In this document: one piece after another, positions 27,883 through 34,341 of the stretch
Numbering within the stretch: position 1 is the stretch's first letter
How the letters are laid out: each line of letters opens with the position of its first letter
From: a virus
Lineage: Duplodnaviria > Heunggongvirae > Uroviricota > Caudoviricetes
Reading direction: 5' to 3' (one strand)
Length of the DNA: 34,341 nt
Virus record (IMG/VR): IMGVR_UViG_2602041549_000012
The notes under the pieces: model-generated
What the model saw: only the letters and a program-made list of their open reading frames with translations
Database searches by the model: none
What the model was told of the DNA's origin: nothing
Translations under genes and position numbers: made by a program

Positions 27883-28158
27883 ATGAACAAAGAAAATGTG
27901 ATTACCCTGGACAATCCGGTCAAGCGTGGTGAGCAGGTTATCGAACAGGTCACGCTGATGAAACCCAATGCCGGGACGCTGCGCGGTGTCAGTCTGGCAG
28001 CGGTCGCGAACTCCGAAGTCGATGCACTGATTAAGGTGCTGCCGCGCATGACGGCACCGATGCTGACCGAGCAGGAAGTCGCCGCGCTGGAACTGCCTGA
28101 CCTTGTGGCGCTGGCCGGTAAGGTGGTCGGTTTTTTGTCGCCGAACTCGGTGCAGTGA
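27883..28158 (+). CDS. E: Tail assembly chaperone E (91 aa)
   Basis: Synteny. Ends just after the T6G slippery run. Confidence 0.8.
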   Translation: MNKENVITLDNPVKRGEQVIEQVTLMKPNAGTLRGVSLAAVANSEVDALIKVLPRMTAPMLTEQEVAALELPDLVALAGKVVGFLSPNSVQ

Positions 28159-28310
28159 CGTTTCCGAAAAACCTCTCGGTCGATGACCTGATGGCGGATG
28201 TGGCAGTGATATTTCACTGGCCGCCATCAGAACTGTATCCCATGAGCCTGACCGAACTCATCACATGGCGCGAAAAGGCGCTCCGGCGAAGCGGAAACAC
28301 GAATGAGTAA
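27883..28310 (+). CDS. E': E+E' fusion made by a programmed -1 frameshift at TTTTTTG (28131-28137)
   Basis: The -1 frame stays open from the slippery site to a TAA at 28308-28310, overlapping the T start. Matches the known P2 E/E' mechanism. Confidence 0.6.
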
Positions 28311-30750
28311 CAATGTAAAATTACAGGTATTGCTCAGGGCTGTTGACCAGGCATCCCGCCCGTTTAAATCCATCCGTACAGCGAGCAAGTCGCTGTCGGG
28401 GGATATCCGGGAAACACAAAAATCACTGCGCGAGCTGAACGGTCACGCATCCCGTATTGAGGGGTTCCGCAAGACCAGTGCACAGCTCGCCGTGACTGGT
28501 CATGCACTTGAAAAGGCGCGGCAGGAAGCCGAAGCCCTTGCCACACAGTTTAAAAATACCGAACGACCGACCCGTGCTCAGGCGAAAGTGCTGGAATCCG
28601 CAAAGCGTGCGGCGGAGGACTTACAGGCGAAATATAACCGCCTGACGGATTCCGTTAAACGCCAGCAGCGGGAACTGGCCGCTGTGGGAATTAATACCCG
28701 CAATCTTGCACATGATGAGCAGGGACTGAAAAACCGTATCAGTGAAACCACCGCACAGCTTAACCGTCAGCGCGACGCGCTGGCGCGTGTCAGTGCGCAA
28801 CAGGCAAAACTTAACGCAGTCAAACAGCGTTATCAGGCCGGAAAGGAACTGGCCGGAAATATGGCCTCAGTGGGCGCTGCCGGTGTGGGGATTGCGGCGG
28901 CGGGAACGATGGCCGGAGTTAAGTTGCTGATGCCCGGTTATGAGTTTGCGCAGAAAAACTCAGAATTGCAGGCTGTGCTCGGTGTGGCAAAAGACTCCGC
29001 CGAAATGGCTGCACTACGCAAGCAGGCGCGCCAGCTCGGCGACAATACCGCCGCCTCGGCGGATGATGCAGCCGGTGCGCAGATTATTATCGCGAAAGCC
29101 GGTGGGGATGTTGATGCCATTCAGGCGGCAACGCCGGTCACGCTGAATATGGCGCTGGCGAACCGTCGCACGATGGAAGAAAATGCCGCCCTGCTGATGG
29201 GGATGAAATCCGCCTTTCAGCTTTCAAACGATAAGGTCGCTCATATCGGGGATGTTCTCTCCATGACGATGAACAAAACCGCCGCCGATTTTGACGGCAT
29301 GAGCGATGCGCTGACCTATGCCGCACCTGTGGCAAAAAATGCCGGTGTCAGCATTGAAGAAACCGCCGCAATGGTCGGGGTACTGCATGATGCAAAAATT
29401 ACCGGTTCAATGGCGGGGACGGGAAGCCGTGCCGTGTTAAGCCGCCTGCAGGCACCGACGGGAAAAGCATGGGATGCACTCAAAGAGCTTGGCGTTAAAA
29501 CCTCGGACAAAAAGGGAAATATGCGTCCGTTGTTCACCATTCTGAAAGAAATGCAGGCCAGTTTTGAGAAAAACCGGCTCGGTACTGCCCAGCAGGCCGA
29601 ATACATGAAAACCATTTTCGGGGAGGAGGCCAGCTCAGCCGCCGCTGTGCTGATGACTGCCGCGTCAATCGGAAAGCTGGACAAACTGACCGCTGCGTTT
29701 AAAGCCTCAGACGGAAAGACCGCAGAACTGGTAAATATCATGCAGGACAACCTCGGCGGTGACTTTAAGGAGTTTCAGTCCGCTTATGAGGCGGTGGGGA
29801 CTGACCTGTTTGACCAGCAGGAAGGCGCACTGCGTAAGCTCACTCAGACGGCCACAAAGTATGTGTTAAAACTCGACGGCTGGATCCAGAAAAACAAATC
29901 ACTGGCGTCAACCATCGGCCTCATTGTCGGTGGCGCGCTGGCGCTTACTGGCATCATCGGTGCCATTGGTCTTGTAGCCTGGCCGGTTATCACCGGCATC
30001 AATGCCATTATCGCGGCAGCAGGCGCAATGGGGGCAATCTTCACGACGGTTGGTAGTGCTGTTATGACGGCCATCGGGGCGATTAGCTGGCCGGTTGTGG
30101 CCGTGGTGGCCGCCATTGTCGCCGGGGCGTTGCTTATCCGTAAATACTGGGAGCCTGTCAGCGCATTCTTTGGCGGTGTGGTTGAAGGGCTGAAAGCGGC
30201 ATTTGCGCCGGTGGGGGAACTGTTCACGCCACTTAAGCCGGTGTTTGACTGGCTGGGCGAAAAGTTACAGGCCGCGTGGCAGTGGTTTAAAAACCTGATT
30301 GCCCCGGTCAAAGCCACCCAGGACACCCTGAACCGTTGCCGTGATACGGGCGTCATGTTCGGGCAGGCACTGGCTGACGCGCTGATGCTGCCGCTTAATG
30401 CGTTCAACAAACTGCGCAGCGGTATTGACTGGGTACTGGAAAAGCTCGGGGTCATCAACAAAGAGTCAGACACACTTGACCAGACCGCCGCCAGAACTCA
30501 TGCCGCCACGTATGGCACCGGTGGTTATATTCCGGCGACCAGCTCTTATGCAGGCTATCAGGCTTATCAGCCAGTCACGGCACCGGCTGGCCGCTCTTAT
30601 GTGGACCAGAGTAAAAACGAATATCACATCAGCCTGACGGGTGGTACTGCGCCGGGGACACAGCTTGACCGCCAGTTACAGGATGCGCTCGAAAAATACG
30701 AGCGGGATAAACGTGCGCGTGCCCGTGCCAGCATGATGCATGACGGTTAA
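28303..30750 (+). CDS. T: Tail tape measure protein T (815 aa)
   Basis: Long Ala/Gly-rich protein with hydrophobic segments. Synteny. Confidence 0.85.
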   Translation: MSNNVKLQVLLRAVDQASRPFKSIRTASKSLSGDIRETQKSLRELNGHASRIEGFRKTSAQLAVTGHALEKARQEAEALATQFKNTERPTRAQAKVLESAKRAAEDLQAKYNRLTDSVKRQQRELAAVGINTRNLAHDEQGLKNRISETTAQLNRQRDALARVSAQQAKLNAVKQRYQAGKELAGNMASVGAAGVGIAAAGTMAGVKLLMPGYEFAQKNSELQAVLGVAKDSAEMAALRKQARQLGDNTAASADDAAGAQIIIAKAGGDVDAIQAATPVTLNMALANRRTMEENAALLMGMKSAFQLSNDKVAHIGDVLSMTMNKTAADFDGMSDALTYAAPVAKNAGVSIEETAAMVGVLHDAKITGSMAGTGSRAVLSRLQAPTGKAWDALKELGVKTSDKKGNMRPLFTILKEMQASFEKNRLGTAQQAEYMKTIFGEEASSAAAVLMTAASIGKLDKLTAAFKASDGKTAELVNIMQDNLGGDFKEFQSAYEAVGTDLFDQQEGALRKLTQTATKYVLKLDGWIQKNKSLASTIGLIVGGALALTGIIGAIGLVAWPVITGINAIIAAAGAMGAIFTTVGSAVMTAIGAISWPVVAVVAAIVAGALLIRKYWEPVSAFFGGVVEGLKAAFAPVGELFTPLKPVFDWLGEKLQAAWQWFKNLIAPVKATQDTLNRCRDTGVMFGQALADALMLPLNAFNKLRSGIDWVLEKLGVINKESDTLDQTAARTHAATYGTGGYIPATSSYAGYQAYQPVTAPAGRSYVDQSKNEYHISLTGGTAPGTQLDRQLQDALEKYERDKRARARASMMHDG

Positions 30751-30764
30751 GGAGGTGACGAAAA

Positions 30765-31244
30765 ATGATGCTCGCGTTAGGTATGTTTGTTTTTATGCGC
30801 CAGACGCTGCCACACCAGACCATGCAGCGTGAATCAGATTATCGCTGGCCGTCAAATTCCCGTATCGGTAAACGGGATGCCTTTCAGTTTCTCGGTGTGG
30901 GTGAGGAAAACATGACGCTTGCCGGCGTGCTTTATCCCGAACTGACCGGCGGGAAGCTGACGATGACCACGCTCAGGCTGATGGCAGAGGAAGGCCGGGC
31001 GTGGCCGTTGCTGGATGGCACCGGCATGATTTACGGCATGTATGTCATCAGCAGGGTGAGTGAAACAGGGAGTATTTTCTTTGCAGACGGCACACCCCGG
31101 AAAATTGATTTTACGCTGTCGCTCACCCGCGTGGATGAATCACTGGCCGCGCTTTATGGCGATATCGGTAAACAGGCGGAATCGCTCATCGGTAAGGCTG
31201 GCAGTGTGGCGACCAGATTCACGGGTATGACGGGGGCGGGATAA
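30765..31244 (+). CDS. U: Tail protein U (159 aa)
   Basis: Synteny and length. Confidence 0.8.
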   Translation: MMLALGMFVFMRQTLPHQTMQRESDYRWPSNSRIGKRDAFQFLGVGEENMTLAGVLYPELTGGKLTMTTLRLMAEEGRAWPLLDGTGMIYGMYVISRVSETGSIFFADGTPRKIDFTLSLTRVDESLAALYGDIGKQAESLIGKAGSVATRFTGMTGAG

Positions 31245-32407
31245 TGCTGGATGCGCTGACATTTGATGCAGGCAGTACGCTGACGCCGGATTACATGCTG
31301 ATGCTCGACAGCAGGGATATTACCGGCAATATCAGCGACCGTCTGATGAGCATGACCCTGACGGATAACCGGGGCTTTGAGGCTGACCAGCTTGATATTG
31401 AACTGAACGATGCCGACGGGCAGGTCGAACTGCCGGTTCGTGGTGCTGTTCTGACGGTGTATATCGGCTGGAAAGGTTTTGCCCTGGTATGCAAAGGGAA
31501 ATTTACCGTTGATGAGGTTGAACACCGGGGCGCACCGGATGTGGTCACCATCCGCGCCCGGAGTGCAGATTTTCGCGGGACGCTCAATTCCCGCCGTGAA
31601 GGCTCATGGCATGACACCACGCTCGGTGCGATTGTTGAGGCGATAGCCTCCCGTAACAAGCTGGAAGCCAGTGTCGCGCCGTCACTGGACGGAATTAAAA
31701 TCCCGCACATCGACCAGTCGCAGGAGTCTGATGCGAAATTCCTGGCCCGTCTTGCAGAACGCAACGGCGGTGAGGTGTCGGTAAAAATGGGAAAACTGTT
31801 GTTTCTCAAAGCGGGGCAGGGGGTGACGGCCAGCGGTAAAAAAATCCCGCAGGTCACCATAACCCGCAGCGACGGCGACCGCCATCATTTTGCGATTGCT
31901 GACCGTGGAGCCTATACCGGCGTAACGGCAAAGTGGTTACACACCAAAGACCCGAAGCCGCAAAAGCAGAAGGTAAAACTGAAACGCAAAAAGAAAGAGA
32001 AACACCTGCGCGCACTGGAGCACCCGAAAGCGAAACCAGTCACGCAGAAGAAAGCGCCAAAAGTACCGGAAGCGCGCGAAGGTGAATACATGGCTGGTGA
32101 GGCTGACAATGTTTTTGCCCTGACTACGGTATATGCCACAAAAGCGCAGGCCATGCGCGCCGCTCAGGCGAAGTGGGATAAACTGCAACGGGGCGTTGCG
32201 GAGTTCTCCATCAGCCTGGCTACCGGTCGGGCAGATATTTACACGGAAACGCCGGTCAAAGTATCAGGCTTTAAGCGCGTCATAGACGAGCAGGACTGGA
32301 CAATCACTAAGGTGACACATTTTCTGAATAATAGCGGTTTCACGACGTCCTTAGAGCTTGAGGTCAGGCTTTCTGATGTGGAGTACGAAACAGAAGATGA
32401 TGGGTGA
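31244..32407 (+). CDS. D: Tail protein D (387 aa)
   Basis: Synteny and length. ATGA overlap with U. Confidence 0.85.
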   Translation: MLDALTFDAGSTLTPDYMLMLDSRDITGNISDRLMSMTLTDNRGFEADQLDIELNDADGQVELPVRGAVLTVYIGWKGFALVCKGKFTVDEVEHRGAPDVVTIRARSADFRGTLNSRREGSWHDTTLGAIVEAIASRNKLEASVAPSLDGIKIPHIDQSQESDAKFLARLAERNGGEVSVKMGKLLFLKAGQGVTASGKKIPQVTITRSDGDRHHFAIADRGAYTGVTAKWLHTKDPKPQKQKVKLKRKKKEKHLRALEHPKAKPVTQKKAPKVPEAREGEYMAGEADNVFALTTVYATKAQAMRAAQAKWDKLQRGVAEFSISLATGRADIYTETPVKVSGFKRVIDEQDWTITKVTHFLNNSGFTTSLELEVRLSDVEYETEDDG

Positions 32408-32488
32408 TGTTTTTATTTTATCTGTTTGTTTTATAAGGATAAATTAACTAAAATGGCACCATCAACAAAACCGGAAGAGGTGCTCGCG

Positions 32489-32707
32489 ATGTTTCATTGT
32501 CCTTTATGCCAGCATGCCGCACATGCGCGTACAAGTCGCTATATCACTGACACGACAAAAGAGCGTTATCACCAGTGCCAGAACGTGAATTGCAGCGCCA
32601 CGTTCATCACTTATGAGTCGGTACAGCGATACATCGTGAAGCCGGGAGAAGTCCACGCCGTAAGGCCGCACCCGTTGCCGTCAGGGCAGCAAATTATGTG
32701 GATGTAA
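32489..32707 (+). CDS. ogr: Late-gene transcription activator Ogr (72 aa, zinc finger)
   Basis: From the internal ATG: MFHCPLCQH...CQNVNCSATF (CxxC...CxxxxC). Last phage gene before attR. Confidence 0.85.
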   Translation: MFHCPLCQHAAHARTSRYITDTTKERYHQCQNVNCSATFITYESVQRYIVKPGEVHAVRPHPLPSGQQIMWM

Positions 32708-32720
32708 TTACAAACAGGAA

Positions 32721-32744
32721 GCCCCTCAGTCGAGGGGCTTTTTT
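32721..32744 (+). terminator. Rho-independent terminator after ogr
   Basis: GCCCCTC-agtc-GAGGGGC followed by TTTTTT. Confidence 0.7.
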
Positions 32745-32807
32745 GTCGATGTGGTCAATGTGTGGACGTGACCAGAAATAAATCCTTTTATTTCAGTGTA
32801 TTACGCG

Positions 32808-32835
32808 TAAAAAATAAGCCCGTGTAAGGGAGATT
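32808..32835. repeat. attR: attR core: 28-bp direct repeat identical to 476-503
   Basis: Exact duplicate of the attL core. Overlaps the 3' terminator of cyaR. Confidence 0.8.
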
Positions 32836-32895
32836 ACACAGGCTAAGGAGGTGGTTCCTGGTACAGCTAGCATTTTATGGGTTATGTTTTTCAGC
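32809..32895 (-). ncRNA. cyaR: CyaR (RyeE) sRNA, Hfq-dependent and CRP-activated
   Basis: The reverse complement reads GCTGAAAAACATAACCCATAAAATGCTAGC...CCTCCTTAGCC...CCCTTACACGGGCTTATTTTTT, matching CyaR as I recall it. It ends in a terminator hairpin plus U-run that coincides with the att core. Confidence 0.8.
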
Positions 32896-32979
32896 GAAAC
32901 GGATGATAACCTTAATAAATGCAGCTGTATGTGATCGGTTTCTAAGAATTTTCCATCCGGGAAAAATAATCGAAATTAA

Positions 32980-34341
32980 TCACTTACCGTGGGGGTTACG
33001 CGTGGTTTCCCCGGAGAAATTACGCATCAGCAGCGCGTAATTTAGCTCAAGATCCTGCGGCACCGGGAGCCACACAGTATAACCATCGCCTGGTGCTACC
33101 GGCATAGCTTCGCCTTTGGCGTTTTCCATGTGCTCAAGGGTAAAGTTAATGTTGCCTTGCGGCGTCATCAGCTCAAGGCTGTCGCCAACGGAGAATTTAT
33201 TTTTCACCGCTACCGCCGCGAGGTCCCCCTTGCGCTCACCGGTAAACTCACCAACAAACTGCTGGCGGTCAGAAACCGAATAACCGTATTCGTAGTTCTG
33301 ATAATCGTCGTGAGTATGACGACGCAGGAAACCTTCGGTATAGCCACGATGCGCCAGACCTTCCAGAGTTTCCAGCAGGCTGGTATCGAACGGTTTGCCC
33401 GCAGCGGCATCATCGATAGCTTTACGATAAACCTGTGCGGTGCGTGCGCAATAGTAGAAAGATTTAGTACGGCCTTCGATCTTCAGCGAATGCACGCCCA
33501 TTTTGGTCAGGCGTTCTACATGGGCGATGGCGCGCAGATCTTTCGAGTTCATGATGTAAGTGCCGTGCTCATCTTCAAACGCGGTCATATACTCGCCCGG
33601 ACGCTGGGCCTCTTCGATCATAAACACTTTGTCGGTTGGTGCGCCGATACCCAGCGTCGGCTCAACATTTTGCACCGGAATCGGCTCGTACTTGTGTACG
33701 ATGTTGCCAACATCATCTTCTTTCCCTTCCTGGACGTTGTACTCCCAGCGGCAGGCGTTGGTGCAGGTGCCCTGGTTCGGGTCGCGCTTGTTGATATAGC
33801 CAGAGAGCAGGCAGCGACCGGAGTAGGCCATGCACAGCGCGCCGTGAACGAAGATCTCGATCTCCATATCCGGCACCTGATTGCGGATCTCTTCAATCTC
33901 TTCCAGCGACAGCTCGCGAGAGAGGATCACGCGGGTCAGGCCCATTTGCTGCCAGAATTTCACCGTCGCCCAGTTCACGGCGTTAGCCTGCACCGAAAGG
34001 TGGATCGGCATTTCAGGGAAGTGCTCACGCACCAGCATAATCAGCCCTGGATCGGACATAATCAGCGCATCCGGCCCCATTTCCACCACCGGTTTCAGGT
34101 CACGGATAAAGGTTTTCAGCTTGGCGTTGTGCGGTGCAATGTTGACCACGACATAAAACTTTTTCCCCAGCGCGTGGGCTTCATTGATGCCGAGCTGAAG
34201 ATTTTCGTGGTTGAATTCGTTGTTGCGCACACGCAGGGAATAACGCGGCTGGCCCGCATAAACAGCATCTGCGCCATAAGCGAAAGCGTAACGCATATTT
34301 TTCAGCGTTCCCGCCGGGGAAAGGAGTTCCGGTTTAAACAT
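32980..34341 (-). CDS. yegQ: Peptidase U32-family protein YegQ (RlhA-type), 453 aa
   Basis: Full-length ORF reaching the window edge. Sequence recognised as E. coli YegQ. Host flank to the right of attR. Confidence 0.8.
   Translation of the reverse strand: MFKPELLSPAGTLKNMRYAFAYGADAVYAGQPRYSLRVRNNEFNHENLQLGINEAHALGKKFYVVVNIAPHNAKLKTFIRDLKPVVEMGPDALIMSDPGLIMLVREHFPEMPIHLSVQANAVNWATVKFWQQMGLTRVILSRELSLEEIEEIRNQVPDMEIEIFVHGALCMAYSGRCLLSGYINKRDPNQGTCTNACRWEYNVQEGKEDDVGNIVHKYEPIPVQNVEPTLGIGAPTDKVFMIEEAQRPGEYMTAFEDEHGTYIMNSKDLRAIAHVERLTKMGVHSLKIEGRTKSFYYCARTAQVYRKAIDDAAAGKPFDTSLLETLEGLAHRGYTEGFLRRHTHDDYQNYEYGYSVSDRQQFVGEFTGERKGDLAAVAVKNKFSVGDSLELMTPQGNINFTLEHMENAKGEAMPVAPGDGYTVWLPVPQDLELNYALLMRNFSGETTRNPHGK

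Overview
The window is an almost complete P2-like (Peduovirus-type) myovirus prophage, about 32.3 kb, integrated at the 3' end of the sRNA gene cyaR next to yegQ in an Escherichia-like chromosome. A 28-bp att core is duplicated at 476-503 and 32808-32835. The backbone is syntenic with P2: int, C, cox, orf78, B, orf80-83, A, cos, Q, P, O, N, M, L, X, Y, K, lysA, lysB/lysC, R, S, V, W, J, I, H, G, FI, FII, E/E', T, U, D, ogr. Gene names and P2 protein lengths are recalled from memory, not searched. Against this backbone sit three visibly AT-rich cargo islands. The most interesting is a two-gene operon between cos and the portal gene Q (7451-9198): an ABC/AAA_21-type ATPase plus a small 145-aa partner that may be a PD-(D/E)xK-like nuclease, with its own promoter. 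It sits in the A-to-Q region where P2 carries tin/old, which are absent here, and is the best candidate for an undescribed anti-phage system. The A-to-cos segment instead holds a 37-aa hydrophobic peptide gene with a bidirectional terminator and a 15-nt direct repeat, an arrangement that resembles a type I toxin-antitoxin locus. The other two cargo genes are a three-helix membrane protein between S and V, and a 286-aa protein between G and FI. No homology search, structure prediction or composition calculation could be run, so all functional calls rest on motifs, gene order and recalled knowledge.
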